Source of the DNA: a virus
Direction: 5' to 3' (one strand)
DNA length: 39,645 bases
Virus record (IMG/VR): IMGVR_UViG_3300045988_067475
Coordinates: 1-39,645 of that record
Shown piece after piece: positions 8,282-15,941 of the stretch (position 1 is the stretch's first letter; every line of letters begins with the position of its first letter). Under the pieces are notes generated by a model. The model was not told the origin of the DNA. It saw nothing but the letters and a program-made list of their open reading frames with translations, and ran no database searches. The position numbers were made by a program, and so were the translations under genes.

Positions 8282-8761
8282 ATGCCAACTGATGCACAGA
8301 AACGCGCCCGCAACAAGTGGGACGCGGAGAACCGCACCGTGATCGGGTGCAAGATGCGGCGAGAAGACGCGGAAGCGTTTAAAGCCGCCGCGCAGGAAGA
8401 CGGAACAAACCCCAACGAGCTCTTGCGCGGCTGGATCGGGGACTACATGAGCAGGGAGGAATCAGACATGACGAATGACCAAATTCAGGCGCTCGCTGTG
8501 ATCTTTGCGATCTGCCGCAAGGCGACAAAGACGCAGAGCCAGAGCGACATTGACAACGCGCAGCGTTACCCCATCAAATGGGCGACCATTATGGTGCGCA
8601 AGCTCCACGCGATGGGCAAGGCAACGGACGATATCGACCGCGCAATCGCCGAGCAGTACGGAAAAATCGACATCGACACGTTTACGGCCAACTTTGACAA
8701 ATGCCTAACGCTCGAGCAGCAAGGCGTTTGGAGCCTTGCATTTTATAAGGCAATGCAATAA
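8282..8761 (+). CDS. Ribbon-helix-helix (Arc/CopG-like) N-terminal domain protein (159 aa)
   Basis: Internal ATG 8282 follows GAGGGA. MPTDAQKRARNKWDAENRTVIGCKMRREDAEAFKAAAQEDGTNPNELLRGWI matches the RHH pattern seen again in the protein at 9358..9546. Confidence 0.55.
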   Translation: MPTDAQKRARNKWDAENRTVIGCKMRREDAEAFKAAAQEDGTNPNELLRGWIGDYMSREESDMTNDQIQALAVIFAICRKATKTQSQSDIDNAQRYPIKWATIMVRKLHAMGKATDDIDRAIAEQYGKIDIDTFTANFDKCLTLEQQGVWSLAFYKAMQ

Positions 8762-8805
8762 AGCACGCTTTGGGCGCGCTGGGACACTTTAATAGGAGGG
8801 ACATT

Positions 8806-9177
8806 ATGACGGCAGGAGAGTACATAGCCAAACTGGAGAGCCGCTGGCCCAAAAACATCCCGCTGGGGATGCTACGCGACGCAGTGATCGTCGTCTCCAG
8901 CCGGAAGTTGCAGGAGATTAAAGCCGAGCTGCATGGGACGGATCAATCGCACAACCTTTGCGCTGGGTGCCTTTGTGAGTACAAAATAGGGACTGTCGAC
9001 ATGTCAAACTTTGAGGCGCTCGTCCCGGGCTTTGACGCAATCCATTTCGTGGAGGTCGGGGACTACCTTGTCCATCAAGGCAAACTATCACAAGTCACAC
9101 GTGTCAACCGTAGCTCAACCGGGCGTGAGGCCTTTGTTGATATCACGCCAGTCGCTGACATTACATACCTTGGATAA
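8806..9177 (+). CDS. Hypothetical protein (123 aa)
   Basis: ATG 8806 follows AGGAGGGA. It is the last gene of the island operon, ahead of the terminator. Confidence 0.6.
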   Translation: MTAGEYIAKLESRWPKNIPLGMLRDAVIVVSSRKLQEIKAELHGTDQSHNLCAGCLCEYKIGTVDMSNFEALVPGFDAIHFVEVGDYLVHQGKLSQVTRVNRSSTGREAFVDITPVADITYLG

Positions 9178-9180
9178 AAA

Positions 9181-9215
9181 TACCCGGTGCCCAACTTGGG
9201 CACCGGGGTATCTTT
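9181..9215. terminator. Bidirectional intrinsic terminator between convergent units
   Basis: TACCCGGTGCCC-aactt-GGGCACCGGGGTA, flanked by an A-run upstream and a T-run downstream. Confidence 0.7.
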
Positions 9216-9227
9216 ATATTATGTCGT

Positions 9228-9374
9228 TTAGTCTTCCAGTGTCTTTTGCAGGTTGTCCACGATCTCTGCAAGCTTTGCTTCCTTCTTCTTCGGGTCTTTC
9301 TCTGCGATATAGTCTTTCAGCATCGCGAGCAGGAACCGAACCCAGCTTTGAAACTGCTTATCTGTCATTCCCAT
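9228..9374 (-). CDS. Hypothetical small protein (48 aa), below the ORF-track size cutoff
   Basis: My translation is MGMTDKQFQSWVRFLLAMLKDYIAEKDPKKKEAKLAEIVDNLQKTLED. An AAGGAGGGA RBS lies 10 nt upstream. It overlaps the end of the RHH gene. Confidence 0.5.
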   Translation of the reverse strand: MGMTDKQFQSWVRFLLAMLKDYIAEKDPKKKEAKLAEIVDNLQKTLED

Positions 9375-9546
9375 TTTCAATGTCCCTCCTTACTGCATTT
9401 AATATGAACGTCTGGACGCTCTGCCCTGCGCGGGCGGCTGCGTCTCTGATCTTCTGCCCTTCTTCCTTCTCGGGGCGAATCATGATATTGTCCCGGCTGG
9501 CATTCCATTTAGCCGAGGCTCTTTTATGCGCGTCGCTGACTGCCAT
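9358..9546 (-). CDS. Ribbon-helix-helix (Arc/CopG-like) DNA-binding protein (62 aa)
   Basis: ATG 9546 follows GAGGTGA. The sequence is MAVSDAHKRASAKWNASRDNIMIRPEKEEGQKIRDAAARAGQSVQTFILNAVRRDI. It sits next to divergent promoters that carry repeats. Confidence 0.6.
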   Translation of the reverse strand: MAVSDAHKRASAKWNASRDNIMIRPEKEEGQKIRDAAARAGQSVQTFILNAVRRDIENGNDR

Positions 9547-9568
9547 TGCGTCACCTCGCTTCACTTTG

Positions 9569-9675
9569 ATTGTACACCCTCTCCGTCTAACCGTCAACGT
9601 ATAAAATTCACCAGAAATAACCGTTAACTTTTGTGCAACCTGCCTCTTGACGGAATAACCGTTAACGTGTATGAT
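9569..9675. promoter_or_regulatory. Divergent promoter pair with direct-repeat operator candidates
   Basis: Minus-strand promoter: TTGACG (9597-9592), 17 nt, TACAAT (9574-9569). Plus-strand promoter: TTGACG (9647-9652), 17 nt, TATGAT (9670-9675). The 13-bp repeat AATAACCGTTAAC occurs at 9616-9628 and 9654-9666, with a degenerate copy TCTAACCGTCAAC at 9586-9598. Confidence 0.6.
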
Positions 9676-9724
9676 TGAGCCATCAAAACGAAACGAAAAC
9701 GGCACCGCCGAGGAGGAACACACC

Positions 9725-10378
9725 ATGAAAATCATCAACACATCTGAAACCTTCCGCATCATCGACCTGATGAACCAGTATGACGATCTCTATTTTGAAG
9801 ATCTGAACATCTGCGCGCACCCCTACCGCAGCAGCCTTGTCATCATCGACCTGACAAACGGCATGAAGACCGGCAAGACCTGCACGCGCTGGCTGTTCTC
9901 AGTCAGCCCGTGGAAGATGAACGCTGACCGCCTTTGCCTGACCGAATATGTCGAGATGGCCGCGCCGGAATGTGACACACTCTGTGAGCTGGTCGCGTGG
10001 CTCAGAGCCGAAAAACCTTTGCACGAAGTCGACGGCCTGACCTTTGAGACAGGCGCGCAGCCGAGCAACCGGACGTTCAGCCCCTTTTCCGTAGTCAAGC
10101 CGGTTAAGCTTGGGGAGCGTCTGAACGCGTCGACGGTCGCGAAGGCCATCCGCGTCGGGCAGATTGTCGCAGGCCGCACCGATGGCCGCTATACGGACGA
10201 TTACGCCGCCGATGCCGCTTATGACTTCTACCGTGGGGACATTGATTTACAAGCTTTCGCGCAGGACATCTTCGAGCACCCGAGCGGCTGGCGTTTCTGG
10301 TGGCGCGACGAAAGCCGAACCGAGATCACCGCCGCCTGTCATACCTTCGATTATAAAACCCTTACTGTGGCGGTCTGA
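9725..10378 (+). CDS. Hypothetical protein (217 aa)
   Basis: ATG 9725 follows GAGGAGGAA. It is a single-gene unit between the repeat-bearing promoter and a strong hairpin terminator. Confidence 0.65.
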   Translation: MKIINTSETFRIIDLMNQYDDLYFEDLNICAHPYRSSLVIIDLTNGMKTGKTCTRWLFSVSPWKMNADRLCLTEYVEMAAPECDTLCELVAWLRAEKPLHEVDGLTFETGAQPSNRTFSPFSVVKPVKLGERLNASTVAKAIRVGQIVAGRTDGRYTDDYAADAAYDFYRGDIDLQAFAQDIFEHPSGWRFWWRDESRTEITAACHTFDYKTLTVAV

Positions 10379-10390
10379 CCTCCCTTGAAA

Positions 10391-10427
10391 AGCAAAAGCT
10401 GCATCCAAAACGGGTGCAGCTTTTGCT
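10391..10427. terminator. Hairpin terminator (13-bp stem) between convergent units
   Basis: AGCAAAAGCTGCA (10391-10403), an 11-nt loop, then TGCAGCTTTTGCT (10415-10427). Confidence 0.6.
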
Positions 10428-10604
10428 TTATGCTCTTCCGACAAGCTCGTCAAGCGACACGCCGTAAGCGTCCGCAAGCTCACACAGCATAGGGACATCC
10501 GGCAGCGGATAACCATCCAGCCCGACAAGCTGCACACGCCCTTCCAGCGCGCCAAGAAGCCTTTCGCCAATGCCTGTCTTTGATCACGCTTTTGCGTTTG
10601 TCAT
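10428..10604 (-). pseudogene. HTH-like small ORF interrupted by an in-frame TGA (possible decayed regulator)
   Basis: My translation is MTNAKA-TGA-SKTGIGERLLGALEGRVQLVGLDGYPLPDVPMLCELADAYGVSLDELVGRA. The TGA is at 10586-10584. The tail resembles the C-terminal helix of XRE-type HTH proteins. Confidence 0.3.
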
Positions 10605-10628
10605 CCCTCGTTTTGTAACATCTCCCCA

Positions 10629-11042
10629 TCATCTGCCCGAACTCCCGAACCCATTGTCCCCGCGTTCCGTCTCATCGAGTGAGCTGACCACTTCCAGCTC
10701 CGGAAGGATGCAGGGCAGTATAACAAGCTGCGAGATCTTATCGCCCTTGCAGACCTTGTAAGGATTGCTCCCGTGGTTGTAGAGCTTGACCATGATGCTT
10801 CCGGTGTAGCCGACGTCTATAACCCCTTCGCTTGTGATTCCGTGCTTGACGTTCAGACCGCTTTTGCTCTTGATGAATCCAACCGTATTCTTCGGCAGCT
10901 GAATGTGAACGCCTGTATCAAATAGGAAGCTTCCTCCGGGGGATATCCAAATATCGTAGTTCGCGGAATACAGGTCTAACCCCGCGTCGTATTCATGCGC
11001 CCTTGTGGGCATGATCGCCCACGGTTCCAAAACAATTTTCAT
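10629..11042 (-). CDS. dut: dUTP diphosphatase (137 aa from ATG 11042)
   Basis: Trimeric dUTPase motifs are present: AGLDLYS, GVIDVGYTG and RGDNGFGSSG. The ATG overlaps the upstream stop (ATGA). Confidence 0.9.
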   Translation of the reverse strand: MKIVLEPWAIMPTRAHEYDAGLDLYSANYDIWISPGGSFLFDTGVHIQLPKNTVGFIKSKSGLNVKHGITSEGVIDVGYTGSIMVKLYNHGSNPYKVCKGDKISQLVILPCILPELEVVSSLDETERGDNGFGSSGR

Positions 11043-11368
11043 TTGTCCCACCAATCCTTGATTGTTTCGTTCCGTTCGAAAAACGGCTGAAAGAACGCCC
11101 CGCAGAGCTTCTTGAGGCTCGAATCGATTCTGTGAATGGCCTCGTCAGATTCTGGCTTTCCCTGCCATGCCACGCCGTATTCCTTCTCGAGTTCGCGCAT
11201 CTTATCGAATAACTGTTTCGCTTTGGAAGGGCTTTTGAGCATCCCGAGTTCATACGCCGCAACGAATAGCAGGTCGATTGCCTTCTGCATCCCAGCGTCC
11301 ATTCCTGCGTTCAGGTATGCCGCGTTGCTGCTCCGGATACGCTTCGCCAGATCGTTCATTGTACTCAT
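11039..11368 (-). CDS. Hypothetical protein (109 aa)
   Basis: Track ORF with a GAGGGGGA RBS. It is coupled to dut. Confidence 0.6.
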   Translation of the reverse strand: MSTMNDLAKRIRSSNAAYLNAGMDAGMQKAIDLLFVAAYELGMLKSPSKAKQLFDKMRELEKEYGVAWQGKPESDEAIHRIDSSLKKLCGAFFQPFFERNETIKDWWDK

Positions 11369-11383
11369 AGTTGTATCCCCCTC

Positions 11384-12202
11384 TCACAAGAAAACGGTCT
11401 CATCGGTGACTTGTCCATTGTCTGTGATTTCTACTTCCATTTCATCAGATAGCTTCACGCGGATTTCTGCCCGCTTTGCACGAAAAGGTGCAAATGACGA
11501 ATTATAACAATCGCATACAATGTAGTCTCCATCAAAACGGAACGTGTTTTTGTGGCAGTCCTTGTACTCTGCATTCTTGTTGCAGGTTGAAAGCTTTGCC
11601 CATCGCCCCTTCCAGTCCGGAACTTTGATTTTGTAATCAGGATACGCTCCCTGGAATGCTGCGTACTTTTCTGGGAATAGCCCACGCAGCTGATGCAAAA
11701 ACATTGGGACGATTTTGTCCTGATAATCCCGAATCACGCCGCCCATTATTGCGTGTGGGATAAAATCGCAAATTCTCTTGATGTTTTCTGGCGTGAGTTT
11801 GTCTGCGCTTATGTACAGTTTGTTTGTGCCAAAATGCGGGTTATCGCAACGGATTTCCCCACCGAAATCCTCCAACCATGTATAAGAAACGGTGAGAAAA
11901 GCGTCTTCTCCTATGCGTGTAATCAAATTGGTTGATGGATATCGTAATTTCCCGTAAGCGGGATTTGTTCTGGCTTCTTCCTGAACCAGTAAAAACTTCT
12001 TTGACTGTTTTGTTCCACCATCCACAATTGTGATATCACCGTTGGGGCATTTGACGCCAAATAGTGTTGTTACGCAAAAACACTTTCCATTTTTATAGGC
12101 AGAGCATTCCCCGGCGCGGTTGCAGCGGATGTATTCCGCTCTTAACCTACAATTCCTGCTACCATCTCCGTATAAATGCGCGCAAATGCAGTTATCGTTC
12201 AT
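11384..12202 (-). CDS. Hypothetical Cys-rich protein (272 aa)
   Basis: Track ORF with an AAGGGGGG RBS. The N-terminus has a cysteine cluster: CICAHLYGDGSRNCRLRAEYIRCNRAGECSAYKNGKCFC. Confidence 0.65.
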   Translation of the reverse strand: MNDNCICAHLYGDGSRNCRLRAEYIRCNRAGECSAYKNGKCFCVTTLFGVKCPNGDITIVDGGTKQSKKFLLVQEEARTNPAYGKLRYPSTNLITRIGEDAFLTVSYTWLEDFGGEIRCDNPHFGTNKLYISADKLTPENIKRICDFIPHAIMGGVIRDYQDKIVPMFLHQLRGLFPEKYAAFQGAYPDYKIKVPDWKGRWAKLSTCNKNAEYKDCHKNTFRFDGDYIVCDCYNSSFAPFRAKRAEIRVKLSDEMEVEITDNGQVTDETVFL

Positions 12203-12699
12203 AGTTTTACCCCCCTTATGTACTTGTCAAAATACGTTGTTGCTACCGCCATCGCCGCCCACATATCCGCTGCGAACCCGTAAAAGAAACCGGGGTTCTT
12301 CTTTGTTCCCTTGCCGTAGTTCGGCTGACCGGGCGCGTAGCGGTCAACAAGGGCTTGTCGGATGTTCCCATCCTTCGCCGACGCTCTGCCGCATAAGTAA
12401 AGCTTTTCTTCCCGGCGGAAGATCTTCTGTATCTGGTACCCCTTCCGGTAAAGCTCGGCGTACTCCCAGAACCGCCCAATCCAGAAGCACGTATCAAACA
12501 CCTCTTGACCGACTGGCATTCCCATACCGGCAACCATTTCAATCGCTAAGTGCTGATACTCCCGGCAGAGAACGGGGAATATCTCCCCGTTTGGAACTTT
12601 CCCAACGTCCAGCACCTTCCGGATTTCCTTCCCGTCGTGCTCGACGATGACATAGCCGGATTGAATGTTGCCGGGGTCAATCGCCAGAATCGTTCCCAC
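12199..12699 (-). CDS. RuvC-like Holliday-junction resolvase (166 aa, GTG start)
   Basis: The N-terminus ILAIDPGNIQSGYVIV is typical of the RuvC/RNase-H fold. Acidic residues follow (AIEMV). Located in the early-operon DNA-metabolism block. Confidence 0.65.
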   Translation of the reverse strand: MGTILAIDPGNIQSGYVIVEHDGKEIRKVLDVGKVPNGEIFPVLCREYQHLAIEMVAGMGMPVGQEVFDTCFWIGRFWEYAELYRKGYQIQKIFRREEKLYLCGRASAKDGNIRQALVDRYAPGQPNYGKGTKKNPGFFYGFAADMWAAMAVATTYFDKYIRGVKL

Positions 12700-13294
12700 G
12701 TTTTGCCCTCGCTTTCCAAAACATACTGTTGTAGATGTCGTATCGGTGTTGGATGTAGGTACTCATGACTTCCGGTCGAAGTCTGGACCAGCTCTCATAC
12801 AGACCGCATGTCTGCATCTCCGGGCATCCGCACCGATAAACGCAGTTAGGTACTAGAACGTCCGAGATCTCCGGCTGCACCTCATGCAGCGCTGCTTTGA
12901 AATCCTCGGCATACGCGCGCGTCTCCGGGTCTGCCTGCCCGCATAACCGCTTGCGCATGGAGTCAATCAAAGCTTGTACGTTCGCTTCTCCCTCGAAGAT
13001 TACCGGCGCGTCCTGCGGGAGCTTGTCCCTCGGCGTTCCGGTTCGGTCTGTCCTCTGCGTAGAGATAAAGCACTCCCATTTGTGCCTTGACCAGTGCGTC
13101 GCAATCCAGCTCTTAATGCCTTTCCAGACCCACGATACCGAGATCCGCCGAATCGGCGAGTGTTCGGCAATTAAAATCCGGCGCTTAAAATCCTCGCTCG
13201 GCTCATGCCCAAGAGGACCTTTGCCGGAGGTGGCGCGGCAGGTGTCCACGACCTCCTGCCAGTCGCCCTTGATATTTGTAATGTGTGTGTTCAT
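12677..13294 (-). CDS. ThyX-like (Thy1-fold) protein (205 aa), putative nucleotide-metabolism enzyme
   Basis: AEHSPIRRISVSWVWKGIKSWIATHWSRHKWECFISTQRTDR resembles the ThyX core (EH...RHR...S.QR), but with K in place of the second R. Confidence 0.45.
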   Translation of the reverse strand: MNTHITNIKGDWQEVVDTCRATSGKGPLGHEPSEDFKRRILIAEHSPIRRISVSWVWKGIKSWIATHWSRHKWECFISTQRTDRTGTPRDKLPQDAPVIFEGEANVQALIDSMRKRLCGQADPETRAYAEDFKAALHEVQPEISDVLVPNCVYRCGCPEMQTCGLYESWSRLRPEVMSTYIQHRYDIYNSMFWKARAKRGNDSGD

Positions 13295-13641
13295 TCTTCC
13301 CTCCGTTCTCCATTGTTACCTCCATCCATCTTCGCCCCGCACTTACCGCAGAAGTTGTGCCACCGTGAGCACAGCGTTGCGCCGCATATTGGGCAGTTGT
13401 CATACGGGATATCCGCATGCACCATATTCCTGCGATAAAGTGTAGAGCGGTCTCCCGCTAAGACCCCGATCTCCTCATGGTATCCCACAATCGTCCTCGT
13501 GCGCACTTCCGTCACCGGCGTTCCATGCACCACCTCCGCAACGTCGGCGGCGGGCAGTCTCTTGATAACGTCCATCGCTGCGTAAGCATAGTCGTTGTAT
13601 AGAGCTTTCAACGCATCCTCGCGCCGGATATAATCAGTCAT
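13291..13641 (-). CDS. Hypothetical protein with a C-terminal zinc-ribbon (116 aa)
   Basis: Track ORF containing CPICGATLCSRWHNFCGKCG. ATGA coupling to the next gene. Confidence 0.6.
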   Translation of the reverse strand: MTDYIRREDALKALYNDYAYAAMDVIKRLPAADVAEVVHGTPVTEVRTRTIVGYHEEIGVLAGDRSTLYRRNMVHADIPYDNCPICGATLCSRWHNFCGKCGAKMDGGNNGERREE

Positions 13642-13834
13642 AAGCCATATACTCCCTTACGATTCTGCTTTGCATTTCCGGCTTAAAGACATAAAGCGGT
13701 GTGCATCTACTCAAGATCTCTGCTTTCAAAAGCCGCTCCGCCTGCCGCTTGGTCAGCCGCCGCTCCCGCTTTTTCGGCGGCAGCTCGCCTTTTGCCGCCG
13801 CAATGGCGGTCGGGTTGTGCTTATGTTGACCCAT
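13634..13834 (-). CDS. Hypothetical basic protein (66 aa)
   Basis: Track ORF whose ATG and stop overlap the neighbouring genes. Confidence 0.5.
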   Translation of the reverse strand: MGQHKHNPTAIAAAKGELPPKKRERRLTKRQAERLLKAEILSRCTPLYVFKPEMQSRIVREYMAYD

Positions 13835-14054
13835 CGTCCCGCACCTCCACGCCAGCCTCGTTCAGCAGGGCAGAAAGATCGGTGTCCACGCTGCTACCAA
13901 TAAACTCGCCATTTTCGTCGTAGTGGTTGTACTCCGTGGTCGGGCGGGATTCTATCCCTGCAAACTCTTTTAAAAGTCTCAGATATTCGTCGTTATCGAA
14001 GAGCTGAGCCTGATCGAGTTGTCTCAACTGCGCTTTGGTTATGTGCTTAGCCAT
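13821..14054 (-). CDS. Hypothetical protein (77 aa)
   Basis: Track ORF that overlaps its neighbours on both sides. Confidence 0.5.
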   Translation of the reverse strand: MAKHITKAQLRQLDQAQLFDNDEYLRLLKEFAGIESRPTTEYNHYDENGEFIGSSVDTDLSALLNEAGVEVRDDGST

Positions 14055-14544
14055 CCTTCTTGTCCTCCATTTCCTGCAAAGCCTTCTCGGCTTCTTCGCG
14101 GCTCAAAAATACGGTCTTGCCAATGCTACCTGGTCTAAATGTAAAATTAAACGTTAGCCCTGTTTCTTTATCGACGTGCTTGCTGCGAACCTGCGAGATA
14201 CTTGCTTCCCCCATCTCGTACCCTGTGACCTTATATTGGAGAATAGGATTGGCGCGGGCGAAATAAATCGTATCGCCCACCTTGCACGGCAGCACCACCA
14301 CGCGCCCTTCCTTGTCGGCTTTGTAGAGTTCGCGGAGGCGCTCAACCTCCGACGTGTCATCCGAAAACGCCATCTCGATAGTTTTCTTTGCCCACGCGGC
14401 TTTCTCTGGTGTTTGCACCGCGTCCTCGAACTGCTTGAGCCTTTCCCATACCTCCTTCTGCGTGCAGTTCCCGTCATATTTACACGGCAGTTCGCGGCAC
14501 TGCGCAATGTCGCAGAAGTTCCCTTCAAACGTTAATCGTTCCAT
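14047..14544 (-). CDS. Hypothetical protein (165 aa)
   Basis: Track ORF with an AGGAGGGG RBS. Confidence 0.65.
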   Translation of the reverse strand: MERLTFEGNFCDIAQCRELPCKYDGNCTQKEVWERLKQFEDAVQTPEKAAWAKKTIEMAFSDDTSEVERLRELYKADKEGRVVVLPCKVGDTIYFARANPILQYKVTGYEMGEASISQVRSKHVDKETGLTFNFTFRPGSIGKTVFLSREEAEKALQEMEDKKDG

Positions 14545-14552
14545 TGCCCCTC

Positions 14553-14909
14553 CTATTCAATCCAAAACGTCGCAACCGGAACAAGTTCTTCATACCATTG
14601 CTGGAAATCATTCCAATCGTTAAGAATGTTCCGGAAAAATTGTGCTGTCCCTTTTACCGTTCCCCATCCGTTCGGTGCTTCGTATTCTTTGAATTTGTCG
14701 GGGTTCTGCTCCAACTTTCTCAAGCCAACCTCGATTTTTGGAATTACATCCACGCAAAGCCCATTGTTCTGGCAGTTCTTCCATTCCAGACCAGTTGATT
14801 TCTCAATAATCTTCCGAACGTTCCAAGTTATATTTGCGTCGCACGCACCAACGGGAACGTAGGCATCAACTCCGTCGACTTTTACCTTGAACGAAATATC
14901 GTAGCTCAT
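14553..14909 (-). CDS. Hypothetical protein (118 aa from ATG 14909)
   Basis: Internal ATG follows GGAGGAAGGAGG and overlaps the upstream stop (ATGA). Sequence starts MSYDISFKVKVDGVD... Confidence 0.6.
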   Translation of the reverse strand: MSYDISFKVKVDGVDAYVPVGACDANITWNVRKIIEKSTGLEWKNCQNNGLCVDVIPKIEVGLRKLEQNPDKFKEYEAPNGWGTVKGTAQFFRNILNDWNDFQQWYEELVPVATFWIE

Positions 14910-15211
14910 GCCTTGCCTCCTTCCTCCGGCGCTTCCGGCAAGCCGCGCCATTCCCAGTTGCTTCGTCCAAGGCTGCAGCTCCCACACTTGCAATTTTGCT
15001 TTTTTGTGCAATCGCAGCACGTAAGCAGCAGCGACTCTTGGTGGTCACGGCGGTGGTTGCAGCAGTGTTTGCAAGCGGCACACCCGGCAAATATCTTCAG
15101 ATCTACAATTGCCGCGTCCCTCTCGGCAGCAAGCCGACCAGCCAGATCACCCAGTTTGTTGATTAAACTGCGTAGAGACTGGATGTCCTCAAGAATTTTT
15201 TCCGTCGTCAT
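14906..15211 (-). CDS. Cys-rich coiled-coil protein (101 aa), paralogue of 15189..15488
   Basis: Track ORF. It shares the AERDAAIVDL segment and a cysteine cluster with its neighbour. Confidence 0.6.
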   Translation of the reverse strand: MTTEKILEDIQSLRSLINKLGDLAGRLAAERDAAIVDLKIFAGCAACKHCCNHRRDHQESLLLTCCDCTKKQNCKCGSCSLGRSNWEWRGLPEAPEEGGKA

Positions 15212-15488
15212 CGTTCAGCACCTCGTCTGGGAACTTTCCGCAAAATGTCCAGTTGGAAGCATCCTTGCAAGTCTTGCAACTCCGCACATCCGCGAGGTCT
15301 GCTAACGCCGCGTCCCTCTCGGCTTCTGCCTTCGCATTCTCGGCGGTCAGGCGCTCGATCAAATCAGTAGCTGCCTCGCCTAAATGCACGATGCAATCCG
15401 CGTCGCTAAAAAGCGGGCATAAACCACCGTCTGCACAAACTTCTTTTTCGCAGCACCGCAGCGCCTGTATAATTTCCTTGTCTGTCAT
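15189..15488 (-). CDS. Cys-rich coiled-coil protein (99 aa), paralogue of 14906..15211
   Basis: Track ORF with an AERDAALADL segment and CxxC motifs. Confidence 0.6.
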   Translation of the reverse strand: MTDKEIIQALRCCEKEVCADGGLCPLFSDADCIVHLGEAATDLIERLTAENAKAEAERDAALADLADVRSCKTCKDASNWTFCGKFPDEVLNDDDGKNS

Positions 15489-15492
15489 AGCG

Positions 15493-15705
15493 TCACATTT
15501 CCCCTCCTATTTTCCGTTTCCCTCTTGCCGCCCTCCGGCAATTTCTCGCCCCGCCATCGGTCATCTGGCTTATGTCGATGATCTCGGCGCGCCTGCCGTA
15601 GCTTTTCAGCCGTTCTCCCTTCACGGCGTTCCAAGCCTCGTAGGACGCGCTGCATCCAGCTTTCCGGTTGGGGCAGTCCTTCGCGCATGGTCCGAAATTA
15701 TTCAT
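15493..15705 (-). CDS. Hypothetical small Cys-containing protein (70 aa)
   Basis: Internal ATG 15705 of the 189-aa track ORF follows GGAGGAAGGA. Sequence starts MNNFGPCAKDCPNRKAGCSASYEAW... Confidence 0.5.
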   Translation of the reverse strand: MNNFGPCAKDCPNRKAGCSASYEAWNAVKGERLKSYGRRAEIIDISQMTDGGARNCRRAARGKRKIGGEM

Positions 15706-15941
15706 TCCTTCCTCCTGACCTGCACCGTCACTTCCGCCTCCCAGCATTCCGGTTCCCGGACGGTGATAATCTTCCGCCGCCCGTCCTCCGGGTCCTTGAC
15801 GCTGACGAGGTAAAACGTCTTGTTCTGCATCTTCTGCGGATACTTCTGCGCCCTTAAAGGCGTTCTGAGCTTCGGCATGAGCCGTTGGTAAATCGGCAGC
15901 GGCTCCGGTATGACAATCCAGACCTTGACTCCCTGCTTCAT
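15702..15941 (-). CDS. Hypothetical protein (79 aa)
   Basis: Track ORF with ATGA coupling to the upstream replication gene. Confidence 0.55.
   Translation of the reverse strand: MKQGVKVWIVIPEPLPIYQRLMPKLRTPLRAQKYPQKMQNKTFYLVSVKDPEDGRRKIITVREPECWEAEVTVQVRRKE

Noticed and set aside
10247-10570. 107-aa minus-strand track ORF
   Set aside because: It runs through the 10391-10427 terminator hairpin and antisense into the 217-aa gene. A different frame in the same region gives the HTH-like sequence.
10584-10586. The in-frame TGA as evidence for an alternative genetic code (TGA read as a sense codon)
   Set aside because: TGA clearly terminates many well-supported genes here, including dut, the holin, the portal gene and several ATGA-coupled genes. 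All large ORFs are intact under the standard code.
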